A stretch of 64,000 nt of DNA from Centroscyllium fabricii (lineage: Eukaryota), in NCBI GenBank assembly GCA_051313645.2, contig JBNRSN020000003.1, forward strand, positions 323,268,001-323,332,000, written 5' to 3'. The notes beneath the pieces were generated by a model. That model had not been told where the DNA came from and did not search any database. It saw only the letters and a program-made list of their open reading frames with translations. Both the position numbers and the translations under genes were made by a program. Of the stretch, positions 11,664-24,556 are shown one piece after another. The stretch's first letter is position 1. Each line of letters starts with the position of its first letter.

Positions 11664-13538
11664 ATTACTGAGTTGTGCCTGACCTGAGAGTACTCAACAC
11701 AGTTACTGAAATTACTGAGTTGTGCCTGACCTCAGAGTACTCAACACAGTTACTGAAATTACTGAACTCTGCCTGACCCGAGAATAATCAACACAGTTAC
11801 TGAAATTACTGAGGTGTACCTGACCTGAGAATACTCAACACAGTTACTGAAATTACTGAAGTGTACCTGACCTGAGAATAATCAACAGTTACTGAAATTA
11901 CTGAGGTGTACCTGACCTAAGAGTACTCAACACAGTTACTGAAATTACTGAGGTGTACCTGATCTGTGAATACTCAACAGTTACGGAAATTACTGAGGTG
12001 TACCTGACCTGAGAATACTCAACACAGTTACTGAAATTACTGAGGGGTGCCTTACCTGAGAATATTCAACACAGATACTGATATTACAAAGGTGTGCCTG
12101 ACCTGAAAGTACTCAACACAGTTACTGAATTCACGGAGGTGTGCCTGACCTGAGAATAATCAACACAGATACTGAAATTACTGAGGTGTGCCTCACCTGA
12201 GAATACTCAACACAGTTATGGAAATTACTGAGTTGTGCCTGACCGGAGAGTACTCAACACAGTTACTGAAATTACTGAGGTGTACCTGACTTGTGAATAC
12301 TCAACACAGTTACGGAAATTACTGAGTTGTGCCTGACCTGAGAGTACTTAGCACAATTACTGAATTTACTGTGGTGTGCCTGACCTGAGCATAATCAACA
12401 CAGTTACTGAAACTACTGAGGTGTACCTGACCTGAGAGTACTCAACACAGTTACTGAAATTACTGATGTGTACCTGAATTGCGAGTACTCACCACAGATT
12501 TTGAAATTATTGAGGTGTAACTGACCTGCGAGTACTTAACACACTTACTGAAATTACTGAGGTGTGCCTGACCTGAGAATACTCAACACAGTTACTGAAA
12601 TTACTGAGGTGTGCCTGACCAGAGAATACTCACCAAAGTTACTGAAATTACTGAGGTGAGCCTGACCTGAGAATAATCAACACAGTTACTGAAATTACTG
12701 AGGTGTAACTGACCTGCGAGTACTCACCACAGTTACTGAAATTACTGAGGTGTGCCTGACCTGTGAGTACTTAACACAGTTACTGAAATTACTGAGGTTT
12801 ACCTGACCTGAGAATACTCAACACAGTTACTGAAATTACTGAGGTGTACCTGAATTGTGAGTACTCACCACAGTTTTTGAAATTACTGAGGTGTAACTGA
12901 CATGCGAGTACTCACCACAGTTATTGAAATTACTCAGGTGTGCCTGACCTGCGAGTACCTAACACAGTTACTGAAATTACTGAGGTGTGCCTGACCTGAG
13001 AGTACTCAGCACAGTTGCTGAATTTACTGAGGTGTGCCTGACCTGAGAATAATCAACACAGTTACTGAAATTACTGAGGTTGTGCCTGACCTGAGAATAC
13101 TCAACACAGTTACTGAAATTACTGAGGTGTACCTGACTTGTGAATACTCAACACAGTTACTGAAATTACTGAGTTTTGCCTGACCTGAGAGTGCTCAGCA
13201 CAGTTACTGAAATTGCTGAGGTGTACCTGACCTGTGAATTCTCAGCAGTTACTGAAATTACTGAGATAGCCCTGACCTGAGATTACTCAACAGTTACTGA
13301 AATTACTGAAGTGTGCCTGACCTGAGAGTACTCAGCACAGTTACTGAATTTACTGAGGTGTACCTGACTTGTGAATACTCAGCACAGTTACTGAAATTAC
13401 TGAGTTTTGCCTGACCTGAGAGTGCTCAGCACAGTTACTGAAATTGCTGAGGTGTACCTGACCTGTGAATACCCAGCAGTTACTGAAATTACTGAGATAG
13501 CCCTGACCTGACAATACTGAACACAGATACTGAAATTA

Positions 13539-14769
13539 CATAGAAACATAGAAACATAGAAAATAGGTGCAGGAGTAGACCATTCGGTCCTTCGAGCCTG
13601 CACCGCCATTTAATGCGTTCATGGCTGAACATAAGAACACAAGAAATAGGAGCAGGAGTAGGCCAATCGGCCCCCCGAGCCTGCCCCGCCACCCAACAAG
13701 ATCATGGCTGATCCTACCCTACCTTCATACTACTATCACCCTTCATCCCACCAAAAGAACCATGTGATCTCCTGGGAGAGGCGAAAAACCGGATTAAAAC
13801 CCAGGTCCAATTTGGGGAAAAAATCTGGGAAATTCCTCTCCGACACCAATCTAGGCGATCGAAACTTGTCCAGGAGATCACTCAGGTCTTACTATACTAA
13901 CAATAGCTCAGGTCCACTTCCCTGCCCGCTCCCCGTAACCCTTAATTCCCTTGTCTGCTAAAAAACAGTCTATTTCCGTTTTAAATTTATTTAATGTTCC
14001 CACTTCCACAGCTCCCTGAGGCAGCGAATTCCATAGATTAACGACCCTCTGAGTGAAGAAGTTTCTCCTCATCTCAGTTTTAAAAGAGCCCCCCCTTATT
14101 CTAAGACTATGCCCCCTAGTTCTGGTCTCCCCGATCATTGGAAACATCTTTAGCGCATCCACCCGATCAAGGCCCCTCACGATCTTATACGTTTCAATAA
14201 GATCGCCTCTCATTCTTCTGAACTCTAATGAGTAAAGTCCCAACCTATTTAACCTTTCCTCATATGTCAACCCCCTCATCCCTGGAATTAACCATGTAAA
14301 TCTTCTCTGCACTGCCTCCAGAGCATGGACACCAAAACTGCACACAGTATTCCAAATGCGGTCTCACCAATACTGTGTACAGCTGCAGCAAAACCTCCCT
14401 GCTTTTATACTCTATCCCCCTAGCAATAAAGGCTAAGACTCCATTGGCCTTCCTAATCACTTGCTGCACCTGCATACTAACTTTTTGTGATTCATGCACT
14501 AATACCCCCAGGTCCCTTTGCGTTGTATTACCACGCAGCTCCCCCCCATTTAGAAAATAACTTGCTCTGTGATTTTTTTTCCCAAAATGTATAACTTCAC
14601 ATTTATCAGTATTAAATTTCATCTGCCAAATCGCTGCCCACTCACCTAGCTTATCTATGTCCTTTTGCAGGCTTTTTCTGTCCTCCTCACTCCCTGCTTT
14701 TCCTCCCATTTTTGTGTCATCTGCAAACTTTGATATATTACACTTGATCCCCTCCTCCAAATCATTTAT
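13539..14769 (-). mobile_element. Duplicate of the CR1 fragment at 10413-11663, with a 20-bp frameshifting deletion near 14325
   Basis: Same 5' truncation point and same flanking satellite variants; near-identical sequence. Confidence 0.95.
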
Positions 14770-15780
14770 ATTACTGAGTTGTGCCTGACCTGAGAGTACT
14801 CAACACAGTTACTGAAATTACTGAGTTGTGCCTGACCTCAGAGTACTCAACACAGTTACTGAAATTACTGAACTCTGCCTGACCCGAGAATAATCAACAC
14901 AGTTACTGAAATTACTGAGGTGTACCTGACCTGAGAATACTCAACACAGTTACTGAAATTACTGAAGTGTACCTGACCTGAGAATAATCAACAGTTACTG
15001 AAATTACTGAGGTGTACCTGACCTAAGAGTACTCAACACAGTTACTGAAATTACTGAGGTGTACCTGATCTGTGAATACTCAACAGTTACGGAAATTACT
15101 GAGGTGTACCTGCCCTGAGAATACTCAACACAGTTACTGAAATTACTGAGGGGTGCCTTACCTGAGAATATTCAACACAGATACTGATATTACAGAGGTG
15201 TGCCTGACCTGAAAGTACTCAACACAGTTACTGAATTCACGGAGGTGTGCCTGACCTGAGAATAATCAACACAGATACTGAAATTACTGAGGTGTGCCTC
15301 ACCTGAGAATACTCAACACAGTTATGGAAATTACTGAGTTGTGCCTGACCGGAGAGTACTCAACACAGTTACTGAAATTACTGAGGTGTACCTGACTTGT
15401 GAATACTCAACACAGTTACGGAAATTACTGAGTTGTGCCTGACCTGAGAGTGCTCAACACAGTTACTGAATTTACTGAGGTGTGCCTGCCTGAGAATACA
15501 TAAGACCATAAGAACATAAGAAATAGGAGCAGGAGTAGGGCAATCAGCCCCTCGAGCCTGCTCCGCCATTCAACAAGATCATGGCTGATCTGATTCTAAC
15601 CTCAATTTTATTTTTACTCTCCATCCCGCCCAAACCCATGTGATCTCCCGGGAGAGGCGAAAAACCAGATAAAAAACCCAGTGGCCAATTTGGGAGAGAA
15701 AATCTGGGAAATTCCTCTCCGACCCATCTAGGCGATCGAAAACTGGTCCAGGAGATCACATGGCCAATCTGAACCTAGCC

Positions 15781-18700
15781 TCACGTCCACTTTCCTGCCC
15801 GCTCACCATAACCCCTAATTCCCTTTACTTCCAGGAAACTGTCTATCTCTGTTTTAAATTTATTCAATGTAGTAGCTTCCACAGCTCTCTGGGGCAGCGA
15901 ATTCCACAGCCCCACCACCCTCTGAGTGAAGAAGTTTCTCCACATCTCAGTTTTGACATGGCAGCCCCTTATTTTAAGATTATGGCCCCTCGTCCTAGTT
16001 TCACCCACCATTGGGAACATCTTCACCGCATCCACCCGATCAAGCCCTCTCAGAATCTTATATGTTTCAATAAGATCGCCTCTCATTCTTCTGAACTCCA
16101 ATGAGTAGAGGCCCAATCTACTTAGCCTCTCGTCATATGTTAGCCCCTCATCCCTGGAATAAACCTAGTGAACCTTTTTGGCACTGCCTCGAGAGCAAGT
16201 ATGTCCTTTCTTAAATATGGATACCAGAACTGCACGCAGTATTCCAGGTGTGGTCTCACCAATACCCTGTACAACTGCAGCAAGACCTCCCTGTTTTTAT
16301 ACTCAATCCTCTTAGCAATAAAAGCCAACATTCCGTTGGCCTTCCTGACCACCTGCTGCACCTGCATATTAACTTTTTGTGTTTTCTGCACCAGGACCCC
16401 CCTGATCCCTTTGCACTGAAGTACTTTCCAGGTTCTTTCCATTTAGATAATAACTCGCTCTATTATTTTTCCTGCCAAAGTGCATAACTTCACACTTTCC
16501 AGTATTATACTCCATCTGCCAAATCTCTGCCCACTCACTTAGCCTATCTATGTCCTTTTGCAGGTTTTTAATGTGCTCCTCACTCATCACCCTCCCTCCC
16601 ATCTTTGTGTCATCCGCAAACTTTGATATGTTGCACTTGGTCCCTTCTTCCAAATCATTAATTTAGATTGTAAAGAGTTGAGGTCCCAGCACCGACCCTT
16701 GCGGAACACCACTAGTGACTGACTGCCAGTCTGAGAATGAACCATTTATCCCAACTCTCTGTTTTCTGTTAGAAAGCCAATCCTCCACCCATGCCAGAAT
16801 ATTACCCCCAACCCCGTGATGTGATTTTTTATCTTGAGTAATAATCTTCTGTGGGGCACCTTGTCAAATGCCTTTTGGAAGTCTAAATACACTACATCCA
16901 CTGGTTCCCCTTTATCCACCCTATATGTTATGTCCTCAAAGAACTCTAGCAAATTTGTCAAACATGACTTCCCCTTTGTAAAACCATGCTGACTTCATCC
17001 TATTAAATTATGTTTATCCAAATGCCCTGTTACTGTTTCCTTAATAATGGATTCTAACATTTTGCCAACCACAGATGTTAGGCTAACTGGTCTATAATTT
17101 CCAGCCTTCTGTCTATTACCCTTTTTAAATAAAGGCGTTACGTTAGCAGTTTTCCAATCTGCCGGAACCTTTGCCGAGTCCAGAGAGTTTTGAAAAATTA
17201 TTACCAACGCATCCACAATCCCTACTGCCACTTCCCTCAAGACCCTAGGTGCTTTTAAAAGGATGATAGACAGGTACATGGAGGGGAAGGAACAGTAGGG
17301 GGGACAGGAAAAATCAGAGATGGACTAAGGGCGGCACTACATTGAGGGCCCAAGGGCCTGTACAGTGCTGTATATTCTATGTTCTATGTTCTATGTAAGC
17401 CATCAGGTCCAGGGGATTTATCGTCCTTAAGTCCCATAATTTTCCCGAGTACCACTTCCTTAGTGACTTTAATCATAATTAGCTCCTCCCCCCCTAGAGC
17501 CACCTGTTTATCCAATGTTGGGATATTTTGAGTGTCCTCTACTGTAAAGACTGATACAAAATATTTGTTCAGTGCTTTTGCCATCTCCATGTCCCCTACC
17601 ATTAATTTCCCATTAATGTCACTATAGAAACTCTTGCTATCTGTTTTAATATTTTTTGCTAATTTACTTTCATAATCTATCTTCCCTTTCTCAATCAATC
17701 TTTTTGTTATTTTTTGCTGACTTTTAAAAGCTTCCCGATCTTCTATCTTCCCACTAGATTTAGCTACCTTATATAACCTTGTTTTTAGTCGGATACTCTC
17801 CTTTATTACTTTACTTAGCCATGGATAGCTGTTTTTTCCTTTACACCCTTTTTTCCTCAGTGGAATATATTTTTCTTGAAAGTTGTAAAATAACTCCTTG
17901 AATACACGCCACTGATCATGTACCGTCTTACCCTTTAATCTGTTTTCCCAGTCCGCCTTAATCAATTCTGCTCTCATACCATCATAGTCTCCTTTATTTA
18001 AGCTCAGTACCCTTGTTTGAGATCCAACCCTCTCACCCTCTAATTGAATTTGGAATTCGACCATGTTATGGTCACTCTTTCCAAGGGGATCCTTTACTAG
18101 GACATTTTTTATTAATCCTGTCTCATTACACAGGACCAGATCTAAGATTGCTTGCCCCCTGGTCGGTTCAGTTATGTACTGTTCAAGGAACCCATCCTTA
18201 ATACACTCAATGAACTCTTCCTCAAGGCTGCTCTGTCCAACTTGATTAGTCCAGTCAATATGAAAGTTAAAATTGCCCATAATTATAGCTGTTCCCTTAT
18301 TACAAGCCCCAACTATTTCCTGATTTATACTCCGACCAACTGTGTTACAACTGTTTGGAGGCCTATAGACTACACCCACCATTGTTTTTTTCCCTTTATT
18401 ATTTCTTATTTCCACCCAAACTGTTTCACTATCCTGATCCTTTGAGCCAATATCATTTCGCTGTATTGCTGTGATTCCTTGCCTTATTAACATAGCCACC
18501 CGACCTCCCTTTCCTTCCTGCTTGTCCCTCCTAATTGTTAAATACCCTTGTATGTTTAATTCCCAGTCCTGGTCACCCTGTAGCCATGTTTCCGTAATTG
18601 CCACAAGATCATACCCATATCTAATTACTTGTGCCATCAACTCGTCTATTTTGTTACGAATACTACGTGCATTCAAATAAAGGACTTTCAAATATGTTTG

Positions 18701-18829
18701 ACACTTCATTCCTGCTTTTTCCTTTTTTACAACTTTACCTTTATCTCCATACATTCTTTCTCTTCCTGACACACTCTGTCTTTTAATTCCCCCATTGTTA
18801 CCTATGTCCATTACCTTCTCCAGTGTCAT
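15781..18829 (-). pseudogene. CR1 ORF2 (APE endonuclease + reverse transcriptase), frameshifted, with an internal deletion and an insertion
   Basis: YLNARSIRNK, AITETWL, VYRPP, SDHN, KSPGPDG, NYRPVSLTS, LDFQKAFDKVPH and FADDTK across several ORF pieces. Confidence 0.95.
17250..17393 (+). mobile_element. Short 3' end of a different CR1 family, inserted antisense in ORF2
   Basis: FKRMIDRYM end of ORF2, GGCCCAAGGGCCTGT hairpin region and (TTCTATG)n tail; splits the GPDGLH/PRVL motif. Confidence 0.8.
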
Positions 18830-18869
18830 TTTATTTATTTGCTCTCTCGAAACCTCCCCCCTTCTAATT

Positions 18870-19823
18870 AGTTTAAAGCCCTCTCTGCAGCCCTAGTTAT
18901 ATGATTCGCCAGGACACTGGTCCCAGCCTGGTTCAGGTGAAGCCCATCCCGCCGGAACAGTCTCTCCTGTCCCAGTACTGGTGCCAGTGTCCCAAGAGGA
19001 AAAACCCACTTCTCCCACACCAGTCTTTGAGCCACGCATTTAACTCCCTAATTTTATTTACCCTAGCCAAATTCGCTTGTGGCTCAGGTAATAACCCAGA
19101 GATTATTACCCTTGAGGTTCTGTTTTTTAGTTTGACCCCTAGCTGCTCATACTCCTGTAACAGAACCTTCTTCCTTGTCTTATCTATGTCATTGGTACCA
19201 ACATGTACCAGGACAACTGGATCCTCCCCCTCCCACTGCAAGTTTCTCGCTGGCCCAGAAGAGATGTCCTTAACCCTGGCACCGGGCAGGCAACACAGCC
19301 TTCGGGACTCCCGCTCTCGGTTGCAGAGAACCCTATCTATCCCCCTGATGATACTGTCCCCTACCACTACAACATTTCTATTAACTCCCCCCTCTTGAAT
19401 GGCCCCCCATTCCACGGTGCTGTGGCCAGGTTGCTCATCCTCCCCACAGTCCCCGCTCCCTCCCTCACAGGGAGTAAGAGCCTCAAACCTGTTGGACAAG
19501 AGCAAGGTCTGCGGCTCCTCCAACACTACCTCCTGGATTCCCGTACCTGCCTCATTCATAGTCACACCATCCTGTCCCTGACCACGATCTACATTTAAGT
19601 TAATTAATCTATTTGGTGTGGCTACCTCCTGTAACACAAAGTCCAGGTAACTCTCCCCCTCCCTGATGTGTCGCAGTGTCTGAAGCTCGGACTGCAGCTC
19701 ATCAACACGAAGCCGGAGTTCCTCGAGCAATAAACACTTGCTGCAAATGTAGTCACCGCGAGCATCAATGGAGTCCATGAACTCCCACATCTCGCAGCAG
19801 TTACACATCAATTGCTCACCCAT
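18870..19823 (-). pseudogene. CR1 ORF1 (zinc finger/leucine zipper + SGNH esterase-like domain)
   Basis: CxxCxMWE...CxKC, coiled coil, VVGDSII, CLPGARV and HVGTND; frameshift near the C-terminus. Confidence 0.92.
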
Positions 19824-20130
19824 TCTATATATTTAATATAAGTTATTATTATTAGTTACGCAAAAAAAACCTTTGCCCTGATATAGCTGAATATCACACT
19901 ATTTAAGAGCACTTTCCACTTATGAGGTATAAAGTGTAAAATGGAAGCAAGAGTACTTACCAACCAGCTCATTACCAACCTCCTTCGGATTGCCCCGCCG
20001 CTCCTCCTCGGTGGCGTTGGCCGAACCTAAGATTTGGGACAGAAGCAAAACAGAGAAGCACCCCCTCACCTCCCACTTGCCCGAACTCTCCACTTACCAA
20101 ACTCTCGCTAGCACTCTATGCCCTCCGCAC

Positions 20131-21062
20131 TAAGTCCTGCCCCTTTTTAAAGTCTGATTCAACTTCCTGTTTTCTTCAAAATAGTTTCAAATGAATAAAT
20201 GTAATTTATTTTTAACTTAAACTCTCTTAAATAAATAAATAAATAAAATAAAATATACTTCTGCAACCTTCTTACAAATTCACCACATTTGAACTCACTC
20301 CCAGCTCACAGCACTTTTCACATAATTCCCGCCCATTTTTAAAGTATGATTCAACTTCCTGTTTCCTTCAAAATCGTTTTAAATGAATTAATTTAATTTA
20401 TTTTTAACTTAAACTCTCTTAAATAAATAAATAAATAATAAAATATACTTCTGCAACCTTCTTACAAATTCATCACTTTTGAACTCACTCCCAGCACTTT
20501 TCACAATAGTCCCGCCCCTTTTTAAAGCCTGATTCAACATCCTGTTTTCTTCAAAATAGTTTTAAATGAACAAATTTAATTTATTTTTAACTTAAACTCC
20601 CTTAAATAAATAAATAAAATAAAATAAAATATACTTCTGCAACCTTCTTACAAATTCACCACTTTTGAACTCACTCCCAGCTCACAGCACTTTTCACATA
20701 AGACCCGCCCCTTTTTAAAGCCTCATTCAACTTCCTGTTTTCTTCAAAATAGTTTTAAATGAATAAATTTAATTTATTTTGAACATAAACTCTCTTAAAT
20801 AAATAAATAAATAATAAAATATACTTCTGCAACCTTCTTACAAAATTCACCACTTTTGAACTCACTCCCAGCTCACAGCATTTTTCACATAAGTCTCTCC
20901 CCTTTTTAAAGCCTGATTTAACATCCAGTTTTCTTGAAAATAGTTTTAAATGAATTATTTTAATTTATTTTTAACTTAAACTCTCTTAAATAAATAAATA
21001 ATAAAATATACTTCTGCAACCTTCTTACAAATTCACCACTTTTGAACTCACTCCCAGCTCAC
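20131..21062 (-). repeat. Five tandem monomers of about 187 bp at the CR1 5' end (putative internal promoter)
   Basis: Units start at about 20131, 20323, 20505, 20698 and 20890. Most carry CAGGAAGT, TTTAAAAA and GGGGCGGG-like motifs on the minus strand. Confidence 0.9.
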
Positions 21063-23413
21063 AATACTCAACACAGTTATTGAAATTACTGAGGTGTACC
21101 TGACCTGAGTGTATTCAACACAGTTACTGAAATGACTGAGTTGTACCTGACCTGTGAATACTCAACACAGTTACTGAAATTACTGAGATATACCTGACCT
21201 GAGAACACTCAACACAGTTACTGAAATTACTGAGGTATACCTGACCTCAGAGTACTCAACACAGTTACTGAAATTACTGAGATGTGCCTGCCTGAGAGTA
21301 ATCAACACAGTTACTGAAAATTACTGAGGTGTACCTGACCTGAGAATACACAACACAGTTACTGAAATTACTGAGGTGTACCTGACCTGAGAATACTCAA
21401 CACAGTTACTGAATTTACTGAGGTGTACCTGACCCGATAATACGCAACACAGTTACTGAAATTACTGAGGTGTACCTGACCCGAGATTATTCAACACAGT
21501 TACTGGAAATTACTGAGATGTGCCTGACCCGAGAATACTCAACACAGATACCAAAATTACTGAGGTGTATTTGACCTGAAAATACTCAACACAGTTACTG
21601 AAATTACTGAGGTGTACCTGACCTGAGAGTACTCAACACAGTTACTGAAAATACTGAGTTGTACCTGACCTGAGAATACTCAACACAGTTACTGAAATTA
21701 CTGAGATATACCTGACCTGAGAATACTCAAGACAGTTACTGAAATTACTGAGGTGCACCCGACCTGAGAATAATCAACAGTTACTGAAATTACTGAGGTG
21801 TACCTGACCTGAGAGTACTCAACACATTTACTGAAATTACTGAGGTTAGCCTGACCTGAGAATACTCAACACAGTTACTGAAATTACTGAGGTGTGCATG
21901 ACCTGAGAATACTCAACAGTTACTGAAATTACTGATGTGTACCTGACCTGAAAATACTCAACACAGTTACTGAAATTACTGACGTGTACCTGACCTGAGA
22001 GTACTCAACACAGTTACTGAAATTACTGAGGTGTACCTGACCTGAAAATACTCAACACAGTTACTGAAATTACTGAGGTGTACCTGACCTGAGAATACTC
22101 AACACAATTACTGATATTAATGTGGTGTACCTGACCTGAAAATACTCAACACAGTTACTGAAATTACTGTGGTGTACTTGACCTGAGAATACTCAACACA
22201 GTTACTGAAATTACTGAGATATACCTAACCTGAGAATACTCAAGACAGTTACTGAAATTACTGAGGTGTACCTGACCTGAGAGTACTCAACACAGTTACT
22301 GAAATTACTGAGGTTAGCCTGACCTGAGAATACTCAACACAGTTACTGAAATTACTGAGGTGTGCCTGCACTGAGAATACTCAACACAGTTACTGATATT
22401 AATGTGGTGTACCTGACCTGAAAATACTCAACACAGTTACTGAAATTACTGAGGTGTACCTGACCTGAAAATACTCAACAGAGTTACTGAAATTACTGAC
22501 GTGTACCTGACCTGAGAGTACTCAACACAGTTACTGATATTAATGTGGTGTACCTGACCTGAAAATACTCAACACAGTTACTGAAATTACTGAGGTGTAC
22601 CTGACCTGAAAATACTCAACACAGTTACTGAAATTACTGAGATATACCTGACCTGAGAATACTCAAGACAGTTACTGAAATTACTGAGTTGTACCTGACC
22701 TGAGAGTACTCAACACAGTTACTGAAATTACTGAGGTTAGCCTGACCTGAGAATACTCAACACAGTTACTGAAATTACTGAGGTGTGCCTGACCTGAGAA
22801 TACTCAACACATTTACTGAAATTACTGAGTGTGCATGACCTGAGAATACACAACACAGTTACTGAAATTACTGAGGTGTACTTGACCTGAGAATACTCAA
22901 CACAGTTACTGAAATTACTGAGGTGTACCTGACCTGATAATAATCAACAGTTACTGAAATTACTGAGGTGTACTTGACCTGAGAGTACTCAACACAGTTA
23001 CTGAGATTACTGAGGATAGCCTGTCCTGAGAATACTCAACACCGTGACTGATATTACTGAGGTGTGCATCATGTGAGAATACTCAACACAGTTACTGAAA
23101 TTACTGAGGTGTGCCTGACCTGATAATACTCAACACAGTTACTAAAATTGCTGAGGTGTATGTAATGATATTGAGACTTCCGGCAGGAAGTCGGATGAAC
23201 TCTGCTTATGAACTTCCAGTGACATCACTTCCTGTACATGTCACTTCCTGTGTAGTAGTATAAATTCTGCTGCTGTTCAGTCTGAGATAATGCTTCCCTA
23301 TGTAAATATGTTAAAACTCTCAACTCTGTAAATAGCTGATTAAAGCTTTGCTTAAAGTATTTGATGTGTAGGTCGCTTTTGTCACATCAATTTAATCAGC
23401 TACTACGCTCAAA

Positions 23414-24556
23414 ATGTTTGAAACCTTCGGACAAAAAGGAACTGAGGACCCCAGGGAACCACCCATCATGGAGAGCCTCTTCAAACCCAGAACTCTTGAC
23501 CTGGATCCGAACTCGCCATCAGCCGCAAAGGTATGGAAGCACTGGTACCATACTTTTGAAAATTTCCTGGAAGAATGTGATGCGAGTGATACTGCTAAAC
23601 TCCGGCTACTGGTAAACTATGTATCCCCTAACGTGTATGAATATCTGGACAAATGGGATAACTTTAATGAAGCAATCCGAGCTCTTAAAGAACTGTATAC
23701 AAAGCCACCCAACGAGATTTATGCTAGACATTTACTGGCCACGGCCCGGCAAGGGCCGGAGGAATCTATCGGTGAATTCCTGCAGACACTGCGCAGGCTC
23801 AGTACGAACTGTAACTTTCAGGCAGCCTCGGCCGCGCTTTACCGTGAGGAAATGATCCGCGATGCCTTCATCAGCGGGATTTCCTCCCCACTGATACACC
23901 AGCGTCTACTGGAGAGTAAGGCCCTAGAGTTGCAAAAAGCTTTCGAACTGGCTTGCTCTCTTGATCTAGCAAAAAGAAACTCAGATCTTTATCAGTGGCC
24001 CAGAGCTCGAAGTGCTGCTGTAACTTCAAACAGACCTTTCAAGGGGCCACAGGTGAACCCAATCATAGACGACTCTAGCCCTGATGAGCTTAGTGATGAG
24101 GAGGAGGATGACCCTACACTAGCAGCCTCTTGGCAGTCCAGGAAAAACTGCTTCTTTTGTGGAGATATCTTCCACCCAAGAAAATTCTGCCCAGCCCGTA
24201 ATGCAATCTGCAGCTACTGCAGCAAAAAAGGGCACTTTGCAAAGGTGTGCCAATCCAGAACTTCTGCAAGAGCTAATCAAGCTAGGCCCTACAGAGCTGC
24301 TCCAATTAAGGCCTACCAGGGCGCATCAATTAGGGCCTATCAAGACGCACCAGCCAGGACCTATCAGGCTCCCACTCGAAGGAGCTCGCCTAGAATCACT
24401 GCTGCACTCTGTGCTACCATGCCAATAACGGCTGCATGCCCTCAGAATCTGGTCCAGGCAGCCACAAGGGTCACAATTAATGGACATACTTTTGATGCCC
24501 TAATTGACTCTGGTAGCACTGACAGCTTAATAAGGGGCAAATCATCAGAAAATTGA
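23414..24556 (+). CDS. gag: Gypsy Gag with zinc knuckles plus start of the aspartic protease
   Basis: CFFCG..H..CP and CSYCSKKGHFAKVC knuckles, ALIDSGST protease motif; frameshift near 24545. Confidence 0.9.
   Translation: MFETFGQKGTEDPREPPIMESLFKPRTLDLDPNSPSAAKVWKHWYHTFENFLEECDASDTAKLRLLVNYVSPNVYEYLDKWDNFNEAIRALKELYTKPPNEIYARHLLATARQGPEESIGEFLQTLRRLSTNCNFQAASAALYREEMIRDAFISGISSPLIHQRLLESKALELQKAFELACSLDLAKRNSDLYQWPRARSAAVTSNRPFKGPQVNPIIDDSSPDELSDEEEDDPTLAASWQSRKNCFFCGDIFHPRKFCPARNAICSYCSKKGHFAKVCQSRTSARANQARPYRAAPIKAYQGASIRAYQDAPARTYQAPTRRSSPRITAALCATMPITAACPQNLVQAATRVTINGHTFDALIDSGSTDSLIRGKSSEN

Larger units (their letters stand above)
15500..21062 (-). mobile_element. Full-length CR1 LINE, inactivated
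   Basis: 5' tandem monomers, ORF1, ORF2 (APE + RT), 3' UTR and (CTTATGTT)n tail. Putative TSD AATAC at 15495-15499 and 21063-21067. Confidence 0.92.
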
